Position numbers and translations under genes: made by a program. The notes under the pieces were generated by a model. That model made no database searches and was not told the origin of the DNA. It saw only the letters and a list, made by a program, of their open reading frames with translations. Positions 44,585 to 54,177 of a stretch of 64,000 nt of DNA are shown here, one piece after another. Within the stretch, counting starts at the first letter, position 1. Every line of letters begins with the position of its first letter. Origin of the DNA: Trueperaceae bacterium (GTDB taxonomy: Bacteria > Deinococcota > Deinococci > Deinococcales > Trueperaceae); NCBI GenBank assembly GCA_965215565.1, contig CBDCDZ010000004.1:1120001-1184000 (forward strand), read 5' to 3'.

Positions 44585-46077
44585 TCCAAAGACTCCAAAT
44601 TTGAAGCCGCTAAAGAAGTCAACTCCGTTTTCAAAATCTTCCCCGCGCCACTTTTTGGCAACGCCTCGACGAAACGGATGTGTTTGGGCACTTTGTACTT
44701 AGCGAGTTTTGCCTCGAGATACGCTCTGAGCGCGTCTCCACTCACCTCTTCGCTAAGCACCCTGTCTTTTAGAACGATTACCGCGAGCCCCACCTCACCC
44801 CACTGCGCGTCGGGCACGCCCAGCACGGCGCATTCGGCAACCGCAGTGTGGGTGTAGAGCGCGGTTTCCACCTCGACTGGGAAGACGTTTTCGCCCCCTG
44901 AAATGAACATCTCTTTACGCCGCCCGACAATGGTGAAAAAGCCCTCGTCATTTTTCACCGCGAGGTCGCCCGTCCAGAGCCAGCCCTCTTTGAGCGCCTC
45001 CACCGTGTCTTTAGGGCATTCAAAGTAGCCGCTAAAGAGGTGCGGACCGCTCAGTGTAAGCTCGCCAACCTCATTGGACGGGACAGCTTCACCCGTCTCG
45101 TTGCGAATCACCGCGTCGCTATAAAGAATAGGCTTGCCGACTGAATCGGGACGCGCCGCCGCCTCGTCCGTTTGGATAGAGAAGCAGTTGACGCCCGCCT
45201 CGGTGAGTCCGTACCCCTGTTTGAACGGAACACCTCTTTGCGCAAACGCTTCGCGGACGGGTGCGGGGCAGGGTGCGCCCCCCGAAATCGCCCAGCGCAC
45301 GCCGCTCAGGTCTGCGTCCGCGAAGTCTGGATGGTCTTTGACCATGCGGTACATCGTCGGAACCATAAACATCAGGGTTGCGTTCGTCTCTTGTAAGAGG
45401 TCGAGATAGTCTCCGGCGTCGAAATTGCGTTGTAAGACCACTCGAGCCCCCACATGTAAAAGCGGCACCGTGAGCGCGTTCACGCCCGCGTGGAAGCAAG
45501 GCGTCGCTTGAACCGCGCAGTCATCGTCGCGCAGCCCCCACGAGAAAACTGTATTGACCGCGTTAGTGAAGCCCTGGCGGTAGGGCTGCATCACACCCCT
45601 GGGACGCCCCGCGCTGCCGCTAGTCAGGAGAATCATCTGAATATCTTCGCCGCTTAGCTCAGCATTGGGAAAAGGGAGAGCGTCGGCTTGGAGCCACTGG
45701 TCGTAAGCCTCGAGCGAAACAAGCCCTAACCCCGTCGCCTTAGCCTTCTCCTCATGCGCCACGTCGTAAAAGAGGAGCTTAGGACGCAGATACGCCGCCA
45801 CCTCTCGCTGCTCTTCCGCGCTCAACCGGATGTTGAACGGCGCGTAGATAAAGCCCAGCTTCGCGGTTGCTAAAATCAGGTCTATATGCGCGAGGTGGTT
45901 GTGCGCTAAGATGCTAACCCTGTCGCCCTTTTGGACACCTCTTTGCTGAAGCTGCCCGGCGAGCTTACGTGCTCGCTCGTCAAGCTCGGCGTAAGAATAC
46001 CAACGTCCCTCAAAATAGAGCGCCTTGCGTTCCGGCGTCAGCGCGGCGCGTCTAGCGGCAATATCGAAGCGGTTCAC
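44566..46077 (-). CDS. AMP-binding acyl-CoA synthetase
   Basis: LTSGSAGRPRG, GYGLTE, TGD, SGGENV and LPKSGAGK. Confidence 0.92.
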   Translation of the reverse strand: MNRFDIAARRAALTPERKALYFEGRWYSYAELDERARKLAGQLQQRGVQKGDRVSILAHNHLAHIDLILATAKLGFIYAPFNIRLSAEEQREVAAYLRPKLLFYDVAHEEKAKATGLGLVSLEAYDQWLQADALPFPNAELSGEDIQMILLTSGSAGRPRGVMQPYRQGFTNAVNTVFSWGLRDDDCAVQATPCFHAGVNALTVPLLHVGARVVLQRNFDAGDYLDLLQETNATLMFMVPTMYRMVKDHPDFADADLSGVRWAISGGAPCPAPVREAFAQRGVPFKQGYGLTEAGVNCFSIQTDEAAARPDSVGKPILYSDAVIRNETGEAVPSNEVGELTLSGPHLFSGYFECPKDTVEALKEGWLWTGDLAVKNDEGFFTIVGRRKEMFISGGENVFPVEVETALYTHTAVAECAVLGVPDAQWGEVGLAVIVLKDRVLSEEVSGDALRAYLEAKLAKYKVPKHIRFVEALPKSGAGKILKTELTSLAASNLESLDWESSR

Positions 46078-46670
46078 GCTTTGACCTCGAGCCCGCGCCT
46101 GATAAAGTCGAAGGTCGTCTCGATGGCGCTCTCGGGCGGCTCGCAGCCCTGCCAGATGGCGTAGCGCAATCCCAAAAAGTGCGACACGCCCATGAGCGCC
46201 CAGGCTTGTGCTTCGGCGTCGCCGGGGCGAATCTGCCCGTCGGTTTGCGCCTTCTCCAAGCCCGTTTTGTACGCTGCCAAAAGCGTCTCGTAGTACTCGC
46301 GGTAGATGGCTTCATCCACGAACTGCGACTCCATCACCACGCGGTAGAGGTTGCCGTTTTCCAAGCTAAAGCGGGCGAAAGCGACGAGACCGGCGTGTTC
46401 TAGCTCGAGCCTGTTCTCTAACCCCGCCGTCGCCTCAGCGAGTGCTCGGCGCAGTTCGCGCCCCATGCGCTGCACGAGTTCGCGCAGAATGCTCTCTTTA
46501 GAGGGAAAATAGAGGTAGAACGTCCCCTGCCCCACCTCGGCGCGGCTGGTGATGCTCGAGACCGACGCTTTGGAAAACCCCTTCGTGCCGAACTCTTCCT
46601 CGGCAGCGTCTAAGAGTTTTTGCCGCGTGGCTTCGCCGCGAGGGGTGGTGGGTTGGGGCAAGTCGGACAC
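46074..46670 (-). CDS. TetR-family regulator
   Basis: AEVGQGTFYLYFPSKE. Confidence 0.92.
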   Translation of the reverse strand: MSDLPQPTTPRGEATRQKLLDAAEEEFGTKGFSKASVSSITSRAEVGQGTFYLYFPSKESILRELVQRMGRELRRALAEATAGLENRLELEHAGLVAFARFSLENGNLYRVVMESQFVDEAIYREYYETLLAAYKTGLEKAQTDGQIRPGDAEAQAWALMGVSHFLGLRYAIWQGCEPPESAIETTFDFIRRGLEVKA

Positions 46671-46695
46671 GTGTGGTTTTTAACCTCTCTTCAGA

Positions 46696-46900
46696 TAGCC
46701 ACTGAGCAGACGTGAAGCTGCTCGAGCCCAATAAATAACTGAGTTTGAAGTGCGCAGATCTCACCGCATAGCGGTAGCGGAATTTCATCTCATAATGTGT
46801 CCGCCCGGGCAGTACGTATAATGACTGAGCGCGTTGCTTCGCATGACTTCGTCCATTGTGACCAGATGAAATTCCGCTAGCCTACGGCTGAGACCTGCTA
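46696..46900. mobile_element. TAGCAG-family element, copy D (reverse orientation)
   Basis: Ends ACCAGATGAAATTCCGCTAGCCTACGGCTGAGACCTGCTA. Confidence 0.6.
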
Positions 46901-46901
46901 C

Positions 46902-46954
46902 AAACTGACAACTGATTCAGGTCTCAGAATACATAGCAAACGTGGACGTGTCAA
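46902..46954 (-). promoter_or_regulatory. Promoter and candidate TetR operator of the lipid operon
   Basis: TTGACA-17 bp-TATTCT on the minus strand, followed by the palindrome CTGA-N8-TCAG. Confidence 0.6.
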
Positions 46955-47096
46955 GCTGTGTTCTTTTTATAAACACCAATTTGACAGGCGGGGATTGTGA
47001 TGTGCTAGTCTCGCGGAGCCTGGGCAAAAATTTGGTCTGTTTAGAGAGAAACACGTATCTGCGTGCTCCATTCTCTACGCGGAAGGACAAAAAGGG

Positions 47097-48338
47097 GTGA
47101 TGATGGTGATAAACCGCGTTTCGTTTCGTATATTAACCGCGCTGCTGGGTTTACTCAGCCTGAGCGCTTGTACCTCGGATTCAGACCTCTCTACCGAACT
47201 CCAAACGCAAAGGGCGCTCGAGCAAGTCACCTCTTTCGGCTCCAACCCCGGCAATTTGCGCATGTTCCGCTACGTGCCAAATGACCTACCCGCTAATGCA
47301 CCTCTTGTCGTCGCGCTGCACGGCTGCACGCAGTCCGCGAGCGTCTACGCGAACAGCGCGGGCTGGGCGAAATACGCGGATAGGGACGGCTTCGCGCTCC
47401 TTTTCCCCGAGCAGAAGAGCGCCAACAACCAGAACGCTTGCTTCAACTGGTTTGAATCCGGCGATATTAGAAGAGGTGCAGGCGAGCCGCTCTCCATCAA
47501 ACAGATGGTGGACAAGATGGTCTCAGACTACGGTCTCGACTCGGAGCGCGTTTTCGTCACGGGTCTCTCGGCGGGCGGTTTTATGACGACGGTCATGCTG
47601 GCGACGTACCCTGACGTGTTCGCGGGCGGCGGCGTCATCGCGGGCGGACCGTACAGGTGCGGCGTGGGGCTGGTGAACGCCTTTAGCTGCATGAACCCTG
47701 GGGTGAACAAGACGCCGAAAGCTTGGGGTGACTTAGTGAGAGGTGCATCGAACTATTCGGGTCCTCAGCCAAAGGTCTCCATCTGGCACGGCGACGCGGA
47801 CTATACCGTGAGAGACGCGAACTTGCGGGAGGCTATGGAGCAGTGGACGAACGTGCACGGAACTGACCAGCAAGCCGACGTGTCGGATACAGTGAACGGC
47901 TACCCACACAAGGTTTACGAGAAAAACGGTGTAGCAGTCGTCGAGACCTACAGCTTGACGGGCATGGGGCACGGCACGCCCGTTGACCCCGGCTCGGCGG
48001 AGGTGGAATGCGGTCAGGCGGGGGCGTATATCTTGGACGTGGACATCTGCTCGAGCTACTACATCGGGCGCTTCTGGGGCATCGTCGCAGAGGCGGACGG
48101 AAATGATGGTGGTGATGGTGGCGGGGACGATGGCGGTGGCGATGACGGAAACGTGACCTGCTGGACGGATACGAACGCCGCGCACTACGCCGCAGACCGG
48201 GCGGTGCAGATCGGGCTCGAGCCCTGGGAGAGCTACGCCGCGAGAGGCTCGTACCGCTGGCTCGGCTACGCAAATCGCACGACGAGTTTAGAAGAGGTCA
48301 GAGAGGGATACTACGCTCAGGTAGCGACTTGTCCGTAG
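47097..48338 (+). CDS. PHB-depolymerase-family esterase (lipoprotein) with G/D linker and C-terminal binding domain
   Basis: LSAC lipobox, LHGCTQ, CFNWF, GLSAGG, WHGDAD and GMGH. Start is uncertain. Confidence 0.88.
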   Translation: MMMVINRVSFRILTALLGLLSLSACTSDSDLSTELQTQRALEQVTSFGSNPGNLRMFRYVPNDLPANAPLVVALHGCTQSASVYANSAGWAKYADRDGFALLFPEQKSANNQNACFNWFESGDIRRGAGEPLSIKQMVDKMVSDYGLDSERVFVTGLSAGGFMTTVMLATYPDVFAGGGVIAGGPYRCGVGLVNAFSCMNPGVNKTPKAWGDLVRGASNYSGPQPKVSIWHGDADYTVRDANLREAMEQWTNVHGTDQQADVSDTVNGYPHKVYEKNGVAVVETYSLTGMGHGTPVDPGSAEVECGQAGAYILDVDICSSYYIGRFWGIVAEADGNDGGDGGGDDGGGDDGNVTCWTDTNAAHYAADRAVQIGLEPWESYAARGSYRWLGYANRTTSLEEVREGYYAQVATCP

Positions 48339-48362
48339 TTTCACAACAAACAAGGGGTTACA

Positions 48363-48384
48363 ACAAGGGGTTGCAACCCCTTGT
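48363..48384. repeat. REP-like palindrome ACAAGGGGTT..AACCCCTTGT (also at 54821-54842 and 57974-57993)
   Basis: Three intergenic copies of the same hairpin. Confidence 0.75.
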
Positions 48385-48411
48385 TCACAGCATTGCAAGA
48401 GGTCGAAGAGG

Positions 48412-49815
48412 TTACTTGAGCGCTAATGCCGCCGCGTGCTTTCCCGACAGGAGCGCCAGAGGAATCCCGCCCCCCGGATGCACGCTGCCGCCTGCCAAGA
48501 AGAGGTTGCTTACACCGCGCACCGTCTGTTTCGGGCGTAAGGTTTGCAAAAGTGAATGCGGAGCCGCGCCGTAGATGCTGCCCCGGTGGGCGAGCGTGGT
48601 GAGGTAGCGCGGCGGGAAGATTTTCTGAACCTCGAGCCTGCCTCTCACCTCCAAGCCGCGCCGCTCCAAGAGGTCGATAAGGTGTTCTACATAGTCCGCT
48701 TCGTCGTCACGGACCTCTTCCGAAACAGCGGGCGCGTTCACCAACACGAACCAGTTTTCACCCCCACGCGGCGCATCATTCGGTTGCGATTTGCTGCTGA
48801 TCGACACGTAGAGCGTCGGGTCGCGGGGCAACGCGCCGCGCCGCACCGCCTCGAATTCAGCGCGGTAGTCCTTTGGGAAGAGGATGTTGTGGTGGGTGAG
48901 CCCCGGCGTTTCACCTTTTAGCCCGAGCAAGAGGACGAAACCGGACAAAGAGGGCTCGAGCCTCTCCACCCGTGTTTTCCTTCCCAAAAGCTGATGCGTG
49001 CGGATGATGTCGAGTGAGGAGATGACGGTGTCGGCTGTGAAAGGGCCGCTCGAGGTGTGGACGTGTTTGAGGTGGTTGGCGTGGGTCTCCAACCGCTCCA
49101 CCTTCGTTTCCGTCAAGACTTTGACGCCGAGCTTTTTAGCCAACGCGCAAAGCTGATTCACCACACCCCTTATGCCCCCTTCGGGGTAGTACGCGCCCAG
49201 CCCCAACTCGGTCCAAGCGATGTTGTGCAGCACCGCCGGGGCGCGGTGCGGGTCTGCGCCGAAATAGGTGGCGAAACGCAAAAAGAAGGTTTTGAGATCG
49301 CCCTGTGCGCCCAGGGACTCGAGCAAACCCGGCAACCTCTTCAAAGGATGCGCCCGGAGCCCGTGCTGGAGCCCGTAGCGTGCCAGAGCGGTGAGCCCTG
49401 GCGCTTGGTTGTAAAGGAACGTCGGCGCAGCCGCCTCGTAAAGTGCACGCGCCTCCGCGACTAGGTTGCGGTAAACCTGCGCTTCTTCGCCGCTGAGCTG
49501 CGCCGCTGTTTTCTCCACGTCGCGGTACACGTCCCACACGCGCCCGCTGTCGAAGCGGTAGCGGCAAAGCGGCTCTAAGGGTGTGAACACGGGCGGCGTC
49601 TCTCCCGCTCTTTCGAAGAACTCTGTAACGATGTGCGGGAGCGTCCACACGCTCGGTCCGATATCGAAGCGGTAGCCGTTTTCACGATACTCGCCCGCTT
49701 TGCCCCCGAGTGAAGGGGCTTGCTCTAAAAGCGTGACCTCTTCTCCTGCGAGCGCCAAGTGAACCGCCGCCGACAACCCGGCGAAGCCGCCGCCGAGCAC
49801 GAGCGCTGACTTCAT
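48412..49815 (-). CDS. Phytoene desaturase-family protein (CrtD/CrtI-like)
   Basis: GGGFAGL, GYRFDIGPS and GGSVHPGGGIP, within a carotenoid cluster. Confidence 0.85.
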   Translation of the reverse strand: MKSALVLGGGFAGLSAAVHLALAGEEVTLLEQAPSLGGKAGEYRENGYRFDIGPSVWTLPHIVTEFFERAGETPPVFTPLEPLCRYRFDSGRVWDVYRDVEKTAAQLSGEEAQVYRNLVAEARALYEAAAPTFLYNQAPGLTALARYGLQHGLRAHPLKRLPGLLESLGAQGDLKTFFLRFATYFGADPHRAPAVLHNIAWTELGLGAYYPEGGIRGVVNQLCALAKKLGVKVLTETKVERLETHANHLKHVHTSSGPFTADTVISSLDIIRTHQLLGRKTRVERLEPSLSGFVLLLGLKGETPGLTHHNILFPKDYRAEFEAVRRGALPRDPTLYVSISSKSQPNDAPRGGENWFVLVNAPAVSEEVRDDEADYVEHLIDLLERRGLEVRGRLEVQKIFPPRYLTTLAHRGSIYGAAPHSLLQTLRPKQTVRGVSNLFLAGGSVHPGGGIPLALLSGKHAAALALK

Positions 49816-49822
49816 TGACCTC

Positions 49823-50962
49823 TCACCCTTCATATTCACGCCCTCGCCACGCATAGCGCCCGTTGCGTAAAAGAGCCCGCACCCCGACGCGCCAAAGAGA
49901 ATACGCCGCGAACGGTTGCAAAAACGCTTCTAAGGGGGTCCGGTGCGTTTTGTAAGCGGTTAAGCCGCGCTGGAAGACGCCTAGTGCGGCAGGAACGAGC
50001 CAGAGCGGATGGATGAGCGCGAAAGGCCACGAAAGCGTGTACGCGAGCGTGTTGAGCACGAGCGAGAGCGCCAAAAAGGGACGGCTGTTGCCGTGTGCGG
50101 ACAAGATATTTTTGCTGAACCCTTCCAAAATCTCCTCTTCGCTCTTGTACATGCGCGTGCTCAGCGTGTCGCCGCCTAACGCCAGCGCCACCCGTAACCC
50201 CTGTTTTTTTGCGGCTTGCCCCATGCGCACGTCCTCCAAGACCTCTCCTTTGAACGCTCTATGTTCACCGACGCGCCGGTACGCCCGCCGCGTCCAGAGC
50301 ATGAGCTGACCGTTGCCCGCTGAGAACGCGCCGAAGGGGAGATGTTTGACGCCTGCGTAGGGCAGCCAGCCTAACAAGATGAGGTCGACGATAGGGACGT
50401 AGAGGCGCTCCTTCAGAGTGCGGGTGATTTGGCGCGGCCACACGCTGACAAAGGCGGCTTTTTGGGTTCTCTGAAACTCGAGTAGCCCTCCTAGCGCCCC
50501 CGCCTCCCACACCACGTCGGCGTCTGTAAAGATGAGCAGCGTTCCCGAGGCGGCTTCGGCGAGCTGCTGGCAGGCCCAATTCTTACCGCTCCAGCCCCCC
50601 GGTAGCGCTTCGCCTTGCAGCACCCTCAGCTTTGGGTGTTGCGCCGCGAAAAGCGCCAGCACCTCGGCGGTGCGGTCTTGCGAGTCGTCATCTAAAACGA
50701 GCACTTCGTAGAGATTGGGCTGCGCCAGGATGCGGGGCAGCGTGACGGGCAAGTTGTCCTCTTCATTGCGAGCGGGGATGAGGATAGAAACCTTGGGGAC
50801 CGATGAGGGCTCGGCGTAGACCTCTTGGCTGTCCTTTTGGCCGTCCTCTTCGTCGTCCTCTTGCGCGGCTTCTAAAACCGGAAACGTGGCGAGGTTGGAC
50901 AGCAGCGTCAAAAGTTGTACGCCGACAAAACCTGTCGCTAGCCACCAGAGCCACACGCTCAT
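49823..50962 (-). CDS. GT2 carotenoid glycosyltransferase (CruC-like)
   Basis: IPARNEE, GWSGKNWAC, FTDAD and LEDV. Confidence 0.82.
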   Translation of the reverse strand: MSVWLWWLATGFVGVQLLTLLSNLATFPVLEAAQEDDEEDGQKDSQEVYAEPSSVPKVSILIPARNEEDNLPVTLPRILAQPNLYEVLVLDDDSQDRTAEVLALFAAQHPKLRVLQGEALPGGWSGKNWACQQLAEAASGTLLIFTDADVVWEAGALGGLLEFQRTQKAAFVSVWPRQITRTLKERLYVPIVDLILLGWLPYAGVKHLPFGAFSAGNGQLMLWTRRAYRRVGEHRAFKGEVLEDVRMGQAAKKQGLRVALALGGDTLSTRMYKSEEEILEGFSKNILSAHGNSRPFLALSLVLNTLAYTLSWPFALIHPLWLVPAALGVFQRGLTAYKTHRTPLEAFLQPFAAYSLWRVGVRALLRNGRYAWRGREYEG

Positions 50963-51162
50963 GGTGTGAAGAGGTTCGCTCGGACGCCGCCTCTATGCAC
51001 GTTGGTGAGGACTGGGACACGTATAGATAACATCGTATTAAGAGCGATGATACCATCTGGTCCTTCAGGTTTTGTCCTCGAGAAGTGTGCGGCACACTGG
51101 AGCGGTTAGAATCAGTAGAATGTCGCTGAAACCGAGTAGCCAGTACGTAGCGGAACTACTGA

Positions 51163-51318
51163 TAGCAGGTATCATCTGGTCAGAGTGCACGAAGTACGCC
51201 GTCAGGCACACTCTCACTTTGTAAGACGATGTTTCGCTTTGCGAAAAGTGCCTAACTAGCACGCACTTTAAGGGATGATACCTGCACTCATCCGTCTCAG
51301 TATATTTTGGAACTGCTA
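51163..51318. mobile_element. TAGCAG-family MITE-like element, copy E
   Basis: TAGCAGGTATCATCTGGTCAGAGTG...GGAACTGCTA. Confidence 0.75.
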
Positions 51319-52062
51319 TGACAATTCTAGCGACTGCGATCTCTTTACTTTCTCCAGAGCCGCGCCACCCAGCCCATGCGCTCGTGAAAACTCTGCGGAC
51401 CCGTAAGCCACGCTCGGCTCAAAATCGGGCGGCGACACTTCGGGGTCGGCGCTCTGTAGCATCTGATCAACCTCTTCCAAGAGCGCGTTGAGACAGTCCC
51501 TGACCTCTCGCTTCAAGGCGGCGCGGTCTGCACGTGGCTCCACTCCTTCCCCTAACATCATAAACGCTTCGGGGTGCTGCGCGCCGCGCACCGCAGTTCG
51601 CAGCGCGAGCGGATAGATAGGCACTCCGGCTCGCTCGGCTAGAAACGCTACGCCGTCCTCGACCTCTCTCACCTCACCTGCTGGACGAAGTGCGCCTTCG
51701 CAGAAGATGAACATCACCTCGCCCCGCTCCAAACGCCTGAGCGCTTCTCGCACCTCTTTGGGAGAAATCACGCCCATGCGACGAAAAAAGCGGAAGCGCG
51801 AGAGCTGCGCCTCGCCCATCATCCCGCCCAAGGGTTGCGCCACGCGCCTCTGCACGAGCCACGCCAAGTATCCGTCCCACCAGGAGTGATGGTTCGCCGC
51901 AACGATGTAGCCGCGCCGGGGAAGCGCGTCCCAATCCCCTCGCGCGTAGACGCTATGCAGTCCGCTTTTCAGCGAGCGCCGAATAATGAGGGGCATAGCG
52001 CGGACGATGAGGCGCTCAATTTCCTCGGTGAAGAGGTCTCTAAAGTGCTGAATACGGGTCAT
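51316..52062 (-). CDS. PlsC-type acyltransferase (CruD-like); probable late frameshift
   Basis: NHHSWWDG and FCEG motifs. Confidence 0.8.
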   Translation of the reverse strand: MTRIQHFRDLFTEEIERLIVRAMPLIIRRSLKSGLHSVYARGDWDALPRRGYIVAANHHSWWDGYLAWLVQRRVAQPLGGMMGEAQLSRFRFFRRMGVISPKEVREALRRLERGEVMFIFCEGALRPAGEVREVEDGVAFLAERAGVPIYPLALRTAVRGAQHPEAFMMLGEGVEPRADRAALKREVRDCLNALLEEVDQMLQSADPEVSPPDFEPSVAYGSAEFSRAHGLGGAALEKVKRSQSLELS

Positions 52063-52231
52063 CTATGCTCTGTTGACTTTTCAACCTGTCCTCTATAGGG
52101 TTTGCCTTGCTGCACGCAAGAAGTAGGAAGCAAGAAGACCACGAAGTACGTGGGTTTACCTTGTCTATGGGGACGATGAGCGATTTTCTTGAAGGGCAAA
52201 TGTCAACACAACCTAGCATAGCTCATTTCAC

Positions 52232-53704
52232 CTATTGCGCTTTCGCAAAAACCGGACGCCCTCGCCACGAAAAGACGAACGCACCCATCGCCGCGAGCGT
52301 GACCAGGGCGGCTAGCACGAGCCCAAAGAAGAGCAGCCCCGTCGCCATCAAAAAGGCTTGCAGGGCGAAGATGAGGCGCAAGTCCCCGCTCGCCTCACCT
52401 TTTAGGCGGGGCTCGAGCTTGAGGAGAAGCCACACGAGCACCACGCCCGCGGCGTACCAGCCGAGAAAATTCGTGAGGGGGATACCGTAATACGCGCCCT
52501 GCGCTTCAAAAACCCAGAAGCCCTTGTCCACCATCAAGGGGTCTAGCCCCAAGTCCCAGGCGACGAGCGCCAAAGGCGCTATCCAAAGTTTGCGCGCCCC
52601 GCTCACCGCCAGCGCGATGAGTGTAAAGGCGAACCAGCCGAGCGGCACGAGCAGCGGCACGCCTAAAAGACTCGGACCGGGCGCGGTGTAGGCGTAGGAG
52701 CCGAAAGGGAACCCAGTCGTGTGCCCGAGCCACTCGACGAGCACGCCGAACGAGAACGCCACCACAAAGAGGAGCCAGGCCCTCAAACCGTAGCGCTCCA
52801 AGGCGTAGCCGAAAATTCCTAGCGCCAAAAGCGCCGTGCTGACGTACGCGAGCGGCGCGAACGCTTCGGGCACCAGAGGCGTTGGGATCATGCTGAGCGC
52901 CCAGAGCGCGAGCGCCCCGCGCCACCATCTTACGCCGCGCAGGGCGTCGAGCCGCGCTAAGGACGCGGGCTCTAAAGCGAGCGTGAGCCCGAAAGTGACG
53001 AGCAAGTTCGTGACCAGAAAGAAAAACGCCTCTTCGACGGGCAGACCTAGCGGGTTGATACCGCTCGAGAGCGCCCCACTGATCCACCAAATCCCGTCAC
53101 CGATTGCCAAGCGGTCCGCCACCCAGAGGTAGAGCGTCGGGATGCTGAGCGCGGGGAGCAAGAGTCGCCAGCGCCGCACCAACAGATCACCGCCGAAACC
53201 CCACTGCAGCGCAATCACCGGAGCCGCCCACACCACGATGAGCCCGAAGTAGGTCCCTTTAGGCATGGTCAGCGCCAGCACGCCCGTCGCCCCGACGAGC
53301 AGCCAGAAAAGCGCACCGAAAACGCGGACGCGGAGCCTGGCGTCGGGGGAAAGCTCGAGCCTCCCACCGTCAACGTGCCGCGCGAGTAGAAAGAGGAACA
53401 TCCCGGTCATGAGGGTCTGCAAGACGAAAAAGAGGTACTCCTCGACGGGCACATAGCCGACGGTTGCCCACACGCGCTCCGCCCCGTAGCCCCAGACCTC
53501 TTGCGCGACGAGGTAGTTGTCCCAGGGCGTCGTGTAGGTAAAGGCGATAAGGACGTGCAGCATGAGCGCCCAGAACGCGAAGGGCGTGCCCCGCCCTAAG
53601 CTGCCGCCCAAACTGTGTCCGCGCCGGGTCCCCAACCAAGAGAGCAGCCCTAAAGTCAGAACGGGCGGCAGGATGAAAAAGAGGTGGAATTCGAAGTAGC
53701 TCAC
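52232..53704 (-). CDS. Lycopene cyclase (two CrtYc/d-type domains) fused to a CruF-like carotenoid 1,2-hydratase domain
   Basis: YTTPWDNYLV, PVEEYLFF and PVEEAFFF, followed by TGFPFGSYAY, WDLGLDP and GIPLTNFLGW. Confidence 0.85.
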   Translation of the reverse strand: MSYFEFHLFFILPPVLTLGLLSWLGTRRGHSLGGSLGRGTPFAFWALMLHVLIAFTYTTPWDNYLVAQEVWGYGAERVWATVGYVPVEEYLFFVLQTLMTGMFLFLLARHVDGGRLELSPDARLRVRVFGALFWLLVGATGVLALTMPKGTYFGLIVVWAAPVIALQWGFGGDLLVRRWRLLLPALSIPTLYLWVADRLAIGDGIWWISGALSSGINPLGLPVEEAFFFLVTNLLVTFGLTLALEPASLARLDALRGVRWWRGALALWALSMIPTPLVPEAFAPLAYVSTALLALGIFGYALERYGLRAWLLFVVAFSFGVLVEWLGHTTGFPFGSYAYTAPGPSLLGVPLLVPLGWFAFTLIALAVSGARKLWIAPLALVAWDLGLDPLMVDKGFWVFEAQGAYYGIPLTNFLGWYAAGVVLVWLLLKLEPRLKGEASGDLRLIFALQAFLMATGLLFFGLVLAALVTLAAMGAFVFSWRGRPVFAKAQ

Positions 53705-53708
53705 CGCG

Positions 53709-54122
53709 CTAAGTGATCCGCAAGTACATGCCCGCCGACTGAGGCAGCTCCGCTCGCCTGAAGCCGAACCGCTCGTAGAACGCGGGCGTGCCGTGATCCG
53801 CCATGAGGCTCACATAGGCGCTTTTGGGCGCGTGCTCATGAAGGTAGTCCAGCAGCGCCTCCATAACGCGCCGCCCTAACCCTCGTCCTTGGTGCTCGGG
53901 CAAAAGAGCGATGTCCACGACTTCAAAAAAGCACCCGCCGTCACCGATGACGCGCCCGGTGCCGATGGGTTCCGAGTTGTGAAAGACGGTGACGGCGAAG
54001 AGCGAGTTTTTGAGCCCGATTTCCGCCGCCTCCCTCGTCTTTTCGCTGAGCCCTGCGGCGAGTCGAATGCGGATGTAGTCTTCTGCCAAAGGCGTTTGTG
54101 CTTTGACCTCGTATCGTTCCAT
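53709..54122 (-). CDS. GNAT-family acetyltransferase
   Basis: GRVIGDG, PEHQGRGLG and FYERFGF. Confidence 0.9.
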   Translation of the reverse strand: MERYEVKAQTPLAEDYIRIRLAAGLSEKTREAAEIGLKNSLFAVTVFHNSEPIGTGRVIGDGGCFFEVVDIALLPEHQGRGLGRRVMEALLDYLHEHAPKSAYVSLMADHGTPAFYERFGFRRAELPQSAGMYLRIT

Positions 54123-54177
54123 GACCTCTACTTTAACGCAGCGTCAAAGTATTTGAAGTGGCTGAGCCGCTATGAAA

